A stretch of DNA of 64,000 nucleotides, the filler included, from Vicugna vicugna (taxonomy: Eukaryota), in the NCBI GenBank assembly GCA_013265495.1. It is 75 parts of 73 records of this genome, joined end to end, with 100 filler letters (N's around TTAATTAATTAA, not from the genome) between each part and the next. Parts side by side here need not be neighbours in the genome. Positions count along the whole stretch, not along the records: positions 24,805 to 25,476 come from PNXW01027786.1; positions 25,577 to 26,330 come from MU063130.1; positions 26,431 to 27,808 come from MU063131.1; positions 27,909 to 28,444 come from PNXW01027794.1; positions 28,545 to 29,304 come from PNXW01027795.1; positions 29,405 to 30,198 come from PNXW01027798.1; positions 30,299 to 31,274 come from PNXW01027799.1; positions 31,375 to 32,256 come from PNXW01027800.1; 67 more parts are not named here. One strand, written 5' to 3'. A program made the position numbers and the translations under genes. Positions 24,805-37,692 of this stretch are shown here, piece after piece (the stretch's first letter is position 1; each line of letters starts with the position of its first letter). The notes beneath the pieces were generated by a model. That model saw nothing but the letters and a program-made list of their open reading frames with translations. It searched no databases and was not told the DNA's origin.

Positions 24805-25476
24805 TAGGAAATACCTGTGAAATCACAGTAAAGCTTTCTAGATGTAAATTTCCTTTGTATTGAGGATGAAATTTCGGTAATCCGTATGCTATATACTCAG
24901 TAATGAAAGTTTGCCGAATCTGTGTTACATGTAGCATGCTCGGAAGTCAGAATTTCATGATGAGGAACTCTCTAAATTACATATGTATTTGGTACAAATC
25001 AATTCAAGTGTATTTCTTTGAAAAATTTCCGATTTTCAAACCTTGCTCTAGGGAACACTTCTGAAATAAAAGAAAATTATATTAGAAATAATATGCCTAA
25101 TTAGAGTGGGTGTAAATTTGGTAATCCACATTTTAACAACTCAAAAAGTACATTAGTTAAATCTGTCATCCATGTAGCATGTTTGGAACATGGAATGACA
25201 TGGTGATGGAATCTTCATTAGAAAAAATTCTATTGGGTAGGAATCGCTCAAAGAGAAATTTGTGTGGAAAATGCCTGATTATTCAAACCAGTGATTGGAA
25301 ATACCTGCAAAATCAGAATAAAGTTTTCTATATGTAATTTCCCTTGTATTGAGGATCAAAGTTACGCATGCTCTTTACTCAGAAATTAATGGTTGCCGGA
25401 TCTGTGTGGCATGTATCATGTTCGGAACTCGGAATTTCATGATGAGGGAAACAGTGAATTACATATATATTAGTTA
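24805..25476 (+). repeat. Satellite C, divergent dimeric subfamily
   Basis: CATGTA(G/T)CATG at 24928, 25171 and 25410; ATACCTG at 24811 and 25301. Confidence 0.85.
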
Positions 25477-26430
25477 NNNNNNNNNNNNNNNNNNNNNNNN
25501 NNNNNNNNNNNNNNNNNNNNTTAATTAATTAANNNNNNNNNNNNNNNNNNNNNNNNNNNNNNNNNNNNNNNNNNNNTTCAAAATATTTTTAACTTGAATC
25601 ATCCTGAATTGATATCTGCAGGGGTTTGACCTCTTCCATATGATAACCGGCCATGTGTCCACTACCTATCTTGGTGTTAAATGGACAGATGACTCTGGCT
25701 TTTCTGTTTGGAATCTCTGTTCTACTGTGTAAATGCTCGCCCAGGAACCCTGTTTTTCATGATAGCCTGCGGTGGTGTTGGGGGTGTTATCACACAGTAG
25801 TGCTACACGGTGATGTCTTTGTTAGAGTCTAAGCCCCAGATCCTCTCCCATTGTCCAGGTCATGAGACTTTTCCTGTAATTCCACAAAAGCTCCCCCTGG
25901 GAGCTTCAGAAACATGATATACATAATCTTCTATAATATGACATTGAGAAATGTTATTTTATTTGATAGTTATTAAGAATATATTCTTCTTGAGCTAAAT
26001 AATATGGAAGCCAGAACACAAAGGATGTTTCCCTTTCTCTTCAGCCCCTCCTCATCTTCACCCTCTCTTTGACTTTCTTCATGAAGAGAATATTTTCATC
26101 ATTTGAGACCTAGATTCAACAGCCCCATAATAATTTTTTNNNNNNNNNNNNNNNNNNNNNNNNNNNNNNNNNNNNNNNNNNNNNNNNNNNNNNNNNNNNN
26201 NNNNNNNNNNNNNNNNNNNGGTAAATTCAAAAATAGAGTAGATCTTTGAGCCATGCTTTGTGGATATTGCTAAGTCCCTGGATATTACCTTATTTTAAAA
26301 ATACAGGGATAAAAAATAACAGATGAGGGANNNNNNNNNNNNNNNNNNNNNNNNNNNNNNNNNNNNNNNNNNNNTTAATTAATTAANNNNNNNNNNNNNN
26401 NNNNNNNNNNNNNNNNNNNNNNNNNNNNNN

Positions 26431-27808
26431 TAGAATGTAGAATATAGAATGAACTACACCGAATATAGAATATGGGAAAAAGAATACAGAACCCAGAATT
26501 TAAAACATGGAATGCAGAACACAGAATTTAGATTATAGAATACATGATACTGAATATAATATTTAGAATATAAAATGTAGAACACAGAATATAATGTAGA
26601 ATACGGAATGCAGAAAACTGTATACAGAATATAGAATGTAGAACACAGAATACAGAATATGAAAACAGAATATAGAAACCGGAATTTAGAACATGGAATG
26701 CAGGACACAGAATTTAGAATATAGAATACAGAATAATGAATATAGAATTTAGAAAATAGAATGTAGAACACAGAATATATAATATNNNNNNNNNNNNNNN
26801 NNNNNNNNNNNNNNNNNNNNNNNNNNNNNNNNNNNNNNNNNNNNNNNNNNNNNNNNNNNNNNNNNNNNNNNNNNNNNNNNNNNNNNNNNNNNNNNNNNNN
26901 NNNNNNNNNNNNNNNNNNNNNNNNNNNNNNNNNNNNNNNNNNNNNNNNNNNNNNNNNNNNNNNNNNNNNNNNNNNNNNNNNNNNNNNNNNNNNNNNNNNN
27001 NNNNNNNNNNNNNNNNNNNNNNNNNNNNNNNNNNNNNNNNNNNGAAGAACACATAGAATTTGAGTGCGGAATTTAGAATAAAGTATAAAGAAAATAGAAT
27101 TTAGAACTCAGAGAATAGAATATGGAAAACAGAATACAGAACACAGAACTTAGTACATGGAATGCAGAACACAGTATTTAGTATATTGAATGCAGAACAC
27201 AGTATTTAGAATATACAATACAGAATACTAAATATAGAATTTAGAATATACAATGTAGAACACAGAATTTAGAATATGCAATACAGAATACTAAATATAG
27301 GATTTCGAATATAGAATGTAGAACACAGTATTTAGTATATGGAATAAAGTATACTAAATATATAATTTAGAATATAGAATGTAGAACACAGAATATAGAA
27401 TAGAGAATAGAGAATAGAGAACACAGAATTTAGAACATGGAATGCAGAACACAGAATTTAGAATATAGAATACAGAATACTGAATATAGAATTTAGAATA
27501 TAGAATGTAGAACACATANNNNNNNNNNNNNNNNNNNNNNNNNNNNNNNNNNNNNNNNNNNNNNNNNNNNNNNNNNNNNNNNNNNNNNNNNNNNNNNNNN
27601 NNNNNNNNNNNNNNNNNNNNNNNNNNNNNNNNNNNNNNNNNNNNNNNNNNNNNNNNNNNNNNNNNNNNNNNNNNNNNNNNNNNNNNNNNNNNNNNNNNNN
27701 NNNNNNNNNNNNNNNNNNNNNNNNNNNNNNNNNNNNNNNNNNNNNNNNNNNNNNNNNAGAAGTACACAGAATATAGAATAAAGAATAGAGAATTTAGAAC
27801 ATGGAATT
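26431..27808 (+). repeat. Satellite H
   Basis: GAANNNN heptamer periodicity; two internal gaps. Confidence 0.95.
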
Positions 27809-29404
27809 NNNNNNNNNNNNNNNNNNNNNNNNNNNNNNNNNNNNNNNNNNNNTTAATTAATTAANNNNNNNNNNNNNNNNNNNNNNNNNNNNNNNNNNNN
27901 NNNNNNNNAGCTGGGCTGCAGGCCTGTCCTAGCTGGGGGGTGGCGGCAGCCTTCAATGACTTGGTTTCAGTATTCTTTGTTTAGTGTCATGGTTGCAGTA
28001 TTCTCATTCACATTGTAGTATTTTCGTTCACAGACTGATTATGGATAATCTGCAACCTTGGAAAGCAACCGAGATGGAATTATTGCAGGTACCTTCTGCT
28101 TTAATAAGCCGTGTGCAAACATAAACATGGAGGAAGCATGCACTTGGATTTGGTGGTGCAGGGAAGGGTTTCTGCACATTACAGGAGAACGCAATGCAGA
28201 AATCCTTAAGTCCACCTTTCTTTACTGTAGTGGTTTCTGAGAACATTTTATGGTAATTAACCAACATTGACAAACGGCACATTAAGAGCTGGCCGGCTGA
28301 AACTTGTGTATTGGACAGGTGGAATTCATAGGCAAGTGGTCAAGTGGATGGGAGAGACATGGAACCAAGGCCTGGGCCCAGATTCCGGTTTAAATCGCTA
28401 TTTCTTCAACATAGGGCCTTGGAATAGAATTCAAATTCTATTAANNNNNNNNNNNNNNNNNNNNNNNNNNNNNNNNNNNNNNNNNNNNTTAATTAATTAA
28501 NNNNNNNNNNNNNNNNNNNNNNNNNNNNNNNNNNNNNNNNNNNNCAGTCACCTGTTGATGGACATTTAGGTTGTTTCCATGTTTTGGCAGGAGTGTCTAG
28601 TTAGACATTATTTGCTCTGGAAATAAACAAGCGACAGGTTTGTGTCAGAAACTAAAAGGAGAAAAATTAAATTTGCTTCCATTCAACCATTTTTAAATGC
28701 TACCTGATTCAATGTTAAATTAGTAAGTTTTAAGTTTATATTTTATTAATTCATACTCAAGATTTTCCTCATGTCTGTTGTATTTCTTCCCTTAATTGAT
28801 TAAATCTCTTGTATATTCACAGGAAGAAATAAATGCTAATTAATTAATTAAGGCTAAATGTGTTATTATACTTTATACAAATTATTAACCAATATAAAGT
28901 CAAAATAGAGAAATGCAGTAAATACTTAAAAATTATATATGACAGTCTGTCACAACAATTTCATTACTTATATGATTGAATTCAGTAGAAGACTATGCTC
29001 ACAGCTAGAGAATACAGCACCGTGTATCACCCTGAAGATATTTACAAAGGCAGAAAAATAATTTATGTGAGCAAGTAGCTCAATGTGTATCTTACTTTAA
29101 TTTCCAAAATATAATTAATTATACATTCAGTAATTTTTTACTTTAGAATTTGTTAAATGGCTATTGTTTAATAGACAAAGATTTCAAGTGTATTCAGTAG
29201 AGGAAGATATATTCACCTACGTGATTCAAGAAAACTTTCTTACATTTAATAAACTTCATTTTTTTTCTCTTAAAGGGAAGTCAGTATTGCTACATGGAAT
29301 TCTTNNNNNNNNNNNNNNNNNNNNNNNNNNNNNNNNNNNNNNNNNNNNTTAATTAATTAANNNNNNNNNNNNNNNNNNNNNNNNNNNNNNNNNNNNNNNN
29401 NNNN

Positions 29405-30198
29405 AACATGCATTCCTGAGTTTAGGGCATCTGGATTACTAATCTTTCACCCTCTATAAATGGAATATTTTCATCCAGACACGTGTACAAGATTTCACAA
29501 GCTTTCCATAACACCAAGTTCGAATTCATGCATTTTTCACAGAAAAAATTTCTCGAGCGATATCCACCTAACTGATGTGTAATTTACATGAATCCCAACA
29601 ACATGGCATTCCGGGTTCCGTACATGCTACATATGTGACGGATTTGGCAATCATGAGTTTCTGACTTGTGAGCATGTGGATTACTGACCTTTCATCCTCT
29701 GAACAAGGCGAAGATATACTTAGACATATTTACTCTGACTTCATAGGATTTCCTATCACCAGGTTCTTAAATCGTACATTTGGGTCCAGAAAACACTCTT
29801 TGAGCGAATTCTCACCAATACACATGTAATTTACATTGTTTACATAACCATGGCATTCCGTATTACGAACATGTCCATGCATCATTGATTCCTCAAACAT
29901 GAATTTCTGAGTTGTGAACATGCGCATGACTGATGTTTCAACTACAAAAACAAGTTACCTATGCACTCTGAAATATTTACTTTGACTCTGTAGCTTCTAC
30001 CTATCACCAGTTACAAGAATCACACTTTGATACACAAAAACCGAGCAAATTCTTCCTTAGGGATATGTAATTTGATTACATTACATCTACATAATATTAC
30101 GTGTTCCGAACATGCTACATACATGACTGATTCGACAAACAAGCATTCCTGACTTGAGGGCATCTGGATTACTAATCTTTCAACCTCTATAAAAGGAA
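29405..30198 (-). repeat. Satellite C, one complete ~733-bp trimer
   Basis: Homologous anchors at 29427, 29672, 29918 and 30160; the first and fourth share GCATCTGGATTACTAATCTTTCA. Confidence 0.9.
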
Positions 30199-30298
30199 NN
30201 NNNNNNNNNNNNNNNNNNNNNNNNNNNNNNNNNNNNNNNNNNTTAATTAATTAANNNNNNNNNNNNNNNNNNNNNNNNNNNNNNNNNNNNNNNNNNNN

Positions 30299-31274
30299 GC
30301 TCCACTCCCCTGATTGTTTTCCTCATTTGTCTGTGCCAGGGAAAGCTAGGGAGGGTTGGAGGAAATCCCAGTGACTGTGGCAGACTCCCCAAGGTCAGGG
30401 AAGCTATTTCTCGGACTTCTCCGAGCAGGGAACACCTGTGACTGAAGAGAGCTGCGTGGAGTTTTCTCTCGAGCTCCCCCACTCAATGACAATGGTTCCG
30501 GAATCCTGAGCGTGGGGAGGTTCCACCAACGGTAGGCAGCGCGTGGGTTCTAAGGGAACGATAGTGCTCGTCTCCCCTGAGTGTTTTTCTCATGTCTCTG
30601 TGCCAGGGAATGCCAGCGGTTGTTGCAGGTACTCCCAGTGACAGAGGCTGCCTACCCAAGGTCAGGGAAGGTTTTTCTCGGACTTCCCCAAGCAGGGAAC
30701 ACCTGTGACTGAAGAGAGCTGCGTGGAGTTTTCTCTCGAGCTCCCCCAATAAATGACAATGGTTCCGGAATCCTGAGCGTGGGGAGGTTCCAACAACGGT
30801 CGGCAGCGCGTGGGTAAAAGGGAATGCTTGTGCTCGTCTCCCCTGAGTGTTTTCCTCATGTCTCTGTGCCAGGGAATGCTATGGGGGTTGCAGGAAATCC
30901 CAGTGACAGAGGCTGCCTCCCCAGTTCAGGGACAAGTTCTGGTATTTCTCGGACTTCCCCGAGCAGGGAACACCTGTGACTGAAGAGAGCTGCGTGCAGT
31001 TGTCTCTCGAGCTCCCCCGCTCAATGAAAATTGTTCCGGAATCCTGAGGGTGGGGAGGTTCCAACTAAGGTCTGCAGCGCGTGGGTTCTAACGGAATGCC
31101 TGTGCTCGTCTCCCCTGAGGGTTTTCCTCATGTCTCTGTGCCAGGGAATGCTAGGGGGGGTTGCAGGAAATCCCAGTGACAGTGGCTGCCTCCCCAGTGT
31201 CAGGGAAGTATATCTCGGACTTCCCCGACCAGGGAACCCCTTGACTGAAGAGAGCTGCGTGGAGTTGTCTCTCG
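30299..31274 (-). repeat. Satellite A, subfamily A2
   Basis: About 3.7 monomers with diagnostic GAGCAGGG, CAATGACAAT, TGTGCTCGTC, CCTCATGTC and GAAATCCCAG. Confidence 0.92.
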
Positions 31275-31374
31275 NNNNNNNNNNNNNNNNNNNNNNNNNN
31301 NNNNNNNNNNNNNNNNNNTTAATTAATTAANNNNNNNNNNNNNNNNNNNNNNNNNNNNNNNNNNNNNNNNNNNN

Positions 31375-32256
31375 CCACAACCTGGGAATACCTGTGCTCC
31401 TTGAAAATGCGTGGACTCTTTTTCCCCACCTCCAGCACACACATCAAGAATTGTTCTGGTATCCTGAGTGTGGGGAGGCACCTCCCACTGACAGCAGCAT
31501 CTGGGATCTAATAGGATCCCTTAGGTTATCTTCCCTGAGTGTTTTCCAAGGACGGAATGGGAGCGAAGATGTGGTTTGGGCTCTAAAGCGAAGTAATAGC
31601 GAGTGCCTCTCTATGGGCAGTGGAGGTGTTTAAAGTACATTCCCTCCCTGGGAACACCTGTGCCCCCTTAAAGTTGCGTGGACTATGTATCTCCAACAAC
31701 AGCACACACACAAAGACTTGTTCAGGTATCCTGAGTGTGGGGAGTCTCCTCCAACTGACAGCAGCCCCTGGGTTCTAATAGAATCCCTTAGCATGTCTTA
31801 GCTGATGGCATGCCTAGACTGGAGAGTGGGGGAAAGTGGGGGTTGGGTTTGAAGTCCAAGTAGCAACGAGTGCCCCCCAATTTTCTGAGGAAATACTTAG
31901 AGGATTTCACGCTAATGTGGAACGCCTGTGCCCCCATTCAACTGTGTGGACTGGGTATCCACACATTTCCAACACACAAGGGTGGGATACGGAATACTGA
32001 GTGTGTGGAAGATCCTCCAACTGACAGCAGCGCCTGCGTTCTAATAGAATAACTCATCTTGACTTCCCTAATTTTTTTCCTACCCTACCAGTGAGCGATA
32101 GTGGGGAATGGGCTCTAAAGCCAAGAATAAGGGACAGCATCTCTTTGGGCAGTGGAGGATTTGAAACTTCTTCCCAAACCTTGGAACACATGTGTACCAA
32201 TAAAGATGCGCGGACTCTGTTTCCCCACCTCCAGCACACACACGGAGATGTGCTCA
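31375..32256 (-). repeat. Satellite B
   Basis: CCTCC.ACTGACAGCAGC core three times at ~270-bp spacing. Confidence 0.9.
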
Positions 32257-32356
32257 NNNNNNNNNNNNNNNNNNNNNNNNNNNNNNNNNNNNNNNNNNNN
32301 TTAATTAATTAANNNNNNNNNNNNNNNNNNNNNNNNNNNNNNNNNNNNNNNNNNNN

Positions 32357-33536
32357 CTCAGTCTTCCCCGAACAGGGAACACTTGTGACTGAAGAGAGCT
32401 GTGCGGAGTTGTCTCTCGAGCTCCCTGACGCACGGACAATGTTTCCGGAATCCTGAGCGTCTGGAGGTTCCACCAACGGTCGGCAGCGCATGGGTTCTAA
32501 CGGAAAGCCTAAGCTCGTCTCCCCTGAGGGTTTTCCTAATGTCTCTTTGCCAGGGAATGCTAGGGGGGTTTGCAGGCTATCCCAGTGTCAGAGCCTGCCT
32601 CCACAAGTTCAGGAAAGGTATTTCTCTGACTTCCCCGAACAGGGAACACCTGTGACTGAAGAGAGCTGCGTGGAGTTGTCTCTCGAGCTCCCCCACGCAC
32701 TGACAATGTTTCCGGAATCCTGAGCGTGGGGAGGTTCCACCAACGGTCGGCAGCGCATGGGTTCTAACGGAAAGCCTAAGCTCGTCTCCCCTGAGGGTTT
32801 TCCTAATGTATCTGTGCCAGGGAATGCTAAGGGGGTTTGCAGGATATCCAAGTGACAGAGGCTGCCTCCAGTAGGACAGGGAAGGTATTTCTCGGTCTTC
32901 CCCGAACAGGGAACACCTGTGACTGAAGAGAGCTGCGTGGAGTTGTCTCTCGAGCTCCCCCACGCACTGACAATGTTTCCGGAATCCTGAGCGTGGGGAG
33001 GTTCCACCAACGGTCGNNNNNNNNNNNNNNNNNNNNNNNNNNNNNNNNNNNNNNNNNNNNNNNNNNNNNNNNNNNNNNNNNNNNNNNNNNNNNNNNNNNN
33101 NNNNNNNNNNNNNNNNNNNNNNNNNNNNNNNNNNNNNNNNNNNNNNNNNNNNNNNNNNNNNNNNNNNNNNNNNNNNNNNNNNNNNNNNNNNNNNNNNNNN
33201 NNNNNNNNNNNNNNNNNNNNNNNNNNNNNNNNNNNNNNNNNNNNNNNNNNGTGGGGAGGTTACATCAACGGTCGGCAGCGCGTGGGTTGTAACGGAAAGC
33301 CTAAGATCGTCTCCCCTGAGTATTTTCCTAATTTCTCTGTGCCAGGGAATGCTAGGGGGGTTTGCAGGATATCCCAGTGACAGAGGCTGCCTCCCCAAGG
33401 TCAGGGAAGGTATTTCTCGGACTTCCCATAACAGGGAACACCTGTGAGTGAAGAGAGCTGTGTGGAGTTGTCTCTCGAGCTCACCCAAGCTCCAGACAAT
33501 GGTTCCGGAATCCTGAGCGTGGGGAGGTTCCACCAA
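32357..33536 (-). repeat. Satellite A
   Basis: Highly homogeneous monomers. Confidence 0.95.
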
Positions 33537-33636
33537 NNNNNNNNNNNNNNNNNNNNNNNNNNNNNNNNNNNNNNNNNNNNTTAATTAATTAANNNNNNNN
33601 NNNNNNNNNNNNNNNNNNNNNNNNNNNNNNNNNNNN

Positions 33637-34408
33637 CAGGAAATCCCAGTGACAGAGGCTGCCTCCACAATATCAAGGAAGGTTTTTCTCTGACTTCCCC
33701 GAGGAGGGAACACCTGTGACTGAAGAGAGCTGCGTGGAGTTGTCTCTCGAGCTCCCCGACACAATGCAAATGTTTCCGGAATCCTGATCTTGGGGAGGTT
33801 CCACCAACAGTCGGCAGCGCGTGGGTTCTAACGGAATGCCTGTACTCGTCTGCCCTGAGGGTTTTCCTCATTTCTCTGTGCCAGGGAATGCTGGGGGGCT
33901 TTGCAGGAAATCCCAGTGACAGCGGCTGCCTCCCCAAGGCCACGAATGGTTTTCCTCGGACTTCCCCGAGCAGGGAACACCTGTGACTGAAGAGAGCTGC
34001 GTGGAGTTGTCTCTCGAGATCCCCCACTCAATGACAATGCTTCCGGAATACTGAGCAAGGGAAGGTTCCACCAACGGTCGGCAGTGCGTGGGTTCTAAGG
34101 GAATGCCTGTGCTCGTCTCCCCTGAGGGTTTTCCTCATGTCTCTGTGCCAGGGAATGATAGGGGGTGTTGCAGGAAATCCCAGTGACAGAGGCTGCCCCC
34201 AAAGGTAAGGGAAGCTATTTCTCGGACTTCCCCGAGCAGGGAACACCTGTGAATTAAGAGAGCATAAGAGAGCTGCGTGGAGTTGTCTCTCGAACTCACC
34301 CACTCAATGACTATGGTTCCGGAATACTTAGTGTGGGGAGGTTCCACCAACGGTCTTCAGCGCGTGGGTTCCAAAGGAATGCCTGTGCTCGTCTCCCCTG
34401 GGTGTTTT
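33637..34408 (-). repeat. Satellite A, subfamily A2
   Basis: Same A2 diagnostics; short duplication TAAGAGAGCATAAGAGAGC near 34256. Confidence 0.92.
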
Positions 34409-35297
34409 NNNNNNNNNNNNNNNNNNNNNNNNNNNNNNNNNNNNNNNNNNNNTTAATTAATTAANNNNNNNNNNNNNNNNNNNNNNNNNNNNNNNNNNNN
34501 NNNNNNNNTTTTTTTGTCCTTGAGGTTTATAGAGATTCTGGGTGTTTTGCTTGACCACTTCTTCGAGATAAGAAAACTCTCAGATATTGTTTCTTCAAAT
34601 AATAGCTCTATCTCTATCCCACTTTTCTCTCACTCTTCCTCCCTCCTGCTTCTCCTCCACCTCTCCCCTTCTCATCTCTCACTCTCTCTGCATGTTACTT
34701 CAATAGTATACATATACGTTAGTGACTTCATTACATGCTTATGTGTTACTTATGTTCCTTTTATGTTCTTATATATTTTCCATTATTTTTCTTTGTTTCA
34801 ATAATTATTTTATATTTGTTTATCTTTCAGATCACTAATTCTCTTTTATGCATTGTCTGTAGTTTTACTTATTGTATTTTTACAAATTTCTAATTGAACA
34901 ATTTTATACACTAAGCATTGTAATCATATTTCACTTGAAGTCAGTGACTGNNNNNNNNNNNNNNNNNNNNNNNNNNNNNNNNNNNNNNNNNNNNNNNNNN
35001 NNNNNNNNNNNNNNNNNNNNNNNNNNNNNNNNNNNNNNNNNNNNNNNNNNNNNNNNNNNNNNNNNNNNNNNGACAGATCTTCCAGTCAAGACTGGTCCAT
35101 TTTTATACCTTTCCTACTCCTAGGGATATAGCCTCCTGGTTGCAAGGGTAAGATTGGGTCTTCTTATTTTTCTGGGCCATAGCTGTAAGTGAAGTGGNNN
35201 NNNNNNNNNNNNNNNNNNNNNNNNNNNNNNNNNNNNNNNNNTTAATTAATTAANNNNNNNNNNNNNNNNNNNNNNNNNNNNNNNNNNNNNNNNNNNN

Positions 35298-35998
35298 TGA
35301 CAATGGTTCCGGAAAACTGAGAGTGGGGAGGTTCCACCAAAGTGGGCAACGCGTGGGTTCAAACGGAATGCCTTAGCTCATATCCCCTGATGGTTTTCCT
35401 TATGTCTCTGTGCCAGGGAATGGTAGGGGGGTTTGCAGGATATCCCAGTGACATAGGCTGCCCCCCAAAATCAGGGAAGGTATTACTCAGACTTCCCCGA
35501 ACAGGGAACACATGTGACTGAAGAGAGCTGCGTGGAGTTGTCTCTCGAGCTCCCCCAAGCACTGACAATGGTTCCGGAATCCTGAGCGTGGGGAGGTTCC
35601 NNNNNNNNNNNNNNNNNNNNNNNNNNNNNNNNNNNNNNNNNNNNNNNNNNNNNNNNNNNNNNNNNNNNNNNNNNNNNNNNNNNNNNNNNNNNNNNNNNNN
35701 NNNNNNNNNNNNNNNNNNNNNNNNNNNNNNNNNNNNNNNNNNNNNNNNNNNNNNNNNNNNNNNNNNNNNNNNNNNNNNNNNNNNNNNNNNNNNNNNCTCG
35801 AGCTCCCCCACGCACTGACAATGGTTCCGGAATCCTGAGCGTGGGGAGGTTCCACCAACGGTCGGCAGCGCGTGGGTTCTAACGGAATGCCTAAGCTCGT
35901 CTCCCCTGAGGGTTTTCCAAATGTCTCTGTGCCAGGGAATGCCAGGGGATTTTGCGGATATCCCAGTGACTGAGGCTGCCTCCCCAAGTTCAGGGAAG
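35298..35998 (-). repeat. Satellite A
   Basis: Monomer motifs. Confidence 0.95.
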
Positions 35999-36098
35999 NN
36001 NNNNNNNNNNNNNNNNNNNNNNNNNNNNNNNNNNNNNNNNNNTTAATTAATTAANNNNNNNNNNNNNNNNNNNNNNNNNNNNNNNNNNNNNNNNNNNN

Positions 36099-37592
36099 AG
36101 ACAACTCCACACAGCTCTCTTCAGTCACAGGTATTCCCTGTACGGGGAGGTCCGAGAAATACAATCCCTGAACTTTGGGAGGCAGCGTCTGACACTGGGA
36201 TATCCTGCAAACACCCCTAGCATTCCCTGGCCAGAGACATTAGGAAAACACTCAGGGAAGACGAGCGTAGGCATTCCGTTTGAGCCCACGGGCTGCCGAA
36301 CGTTGGTGGAACCTCCCAACGCTCAGGATTCCGGAACCATTGTCAGTGCGTGGGGGAGCTCGAGAGACAACTCCACGCAGCNNNNNNNNNNNNNNNNNNN
36401 NNNNNNNNNNNNNNNNNNNNNNNNNNNNNNNNNNNNNNNNNNNNNNNNNNNNNNNNNNNNNNNNNNNNNNNNNNNNNNNNNNNNNNNNNNNNNNNNNNNN
36501 NNNNNNNNNNNNNNNNNNNNNNNNNNNNNNNNNNNNNNNNNNNNNNNNNNNNNNNNNNNNNNNNNNNNNNNNNNNNNNNNNNNNNNNNNNNNNNNNNNNN
36601 NNNNNNNNNNNNNNNNNNNNNNNNNNNNNNNNNNNNNNNNNNNNNNNNNNNNNNNNNNNNNNNNNNNNNNNNNNNNNNNNNNNNNNNNNNNNNNNNNNNN
36701 NNNNNNNNNNNNNNNNNNNNNNNNNNNNNNNNNNNNNNNNNNNNNNNNNNNNNNNNNNNNNNNNNNNNNNNNNNNNNNNNNNNNNNNNNNNNNNNNNNNN
36801 NNNNNNNNNNNNNNNNNNNNNNNNNNNNNNNNNNNNNNNNNNNNNNNNNNNNNNNNNNNNNNNNNNNNNNNNNNNNNNNNNNNNNNNNNNNNNNNNNNNN
36901 NNNNNNNNNNNNNNNNNNNNNNNNNNNNNNNNNNNNNNNNNNNNNNNNNNNNNNNNNNNNNNNNNNNNNNNNNNNNNNNNNNNNNNNNNNNNNNNNNNNN
37001 NNNNNNNNNNNNNNNNNNNNNNNNNNNNNNNNNNNNNNNNNNNNNNNNNNNNNNNNNNNNNNNNNNNNNNNNNNNNNNNNNNNNNNNNNNNNNNNNNNNN
37101 NNNNNNNNNNNNNNNNNNNNNNNNNNNNNNNNNNNNNNNNNNNNNNNNNNNNNNNNNNNNNNNNNNNNNNNNNNNNNNNNNNNNNNNNNNNNNNNNNNNN
37201 NNNNNNNNNNNNNNNNNNNNNNNNNNNNNNNNNNNNNNNNNNNNNNNNNNNNNNNNNNNNNNNNNNNNNNNNNNNNNNNNNNNNNNNNNNNNNNNNNNNN
37301 NNNNNNNNNNNNNNNNNNNNNNNNNNNNNNNNNNNNNNNNNNNNNNNNNNNNNNNNNNNNGAACGTTGGTGGAACCTCCCCACGCTCAGTTTTCCGGAAC
37401 CATTGTCAGTGCGTACGGGAGCTCGAGAGACAACTCCACGCAGCTCTCTTCAGTCACATGTGTTCCCTGTTCGGGAAAGTCCGAGAAATATCTTCCCTGA
37501 CCTTGGGGAGGCAGTTCTGTCACTGTGATATCCTGCAATCAACCCAGGCATTCCCTGGCACAGTGACATAAGGAAAACCCTCAGGGGAGACG
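36099..37592 (+). repeat. Satellite A
   Basis: Monomer motifs on both sides of a ~1-kb gap. Confidence 0.95.
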
Positions 37593-37692
37593 NNNNNNNN
37601 NNNNNNNNNNNNNNNNNNNNNNNNNNNNNNNNNNNNTTAATTAATTAANNNNNNNNNNNNNNNNNNNNNNNNNNNNNNNNNNNNNNNNNNNN

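Noticed and set aside
26431..27808. Heat-shock elements in the GAA-rich satellite
   Set aside because: Canonical HSEs need alternating inverted nGAAn pentamers; here the GAAs are direct repeats at 7-bp spacing.
36280..37571. Long ORFs of 300-450 aa in the ORF track (also at 5574, 21587, 60952)
   Set aside because: Their length comes from translating N runs as X.
35298..37592. Large inverted repeat or strand switch between neighbouring satellite A blocks
   Set aside because: The blocks are separate scaffolds joined by the artificial spacer, so their orientation is arbitrary.
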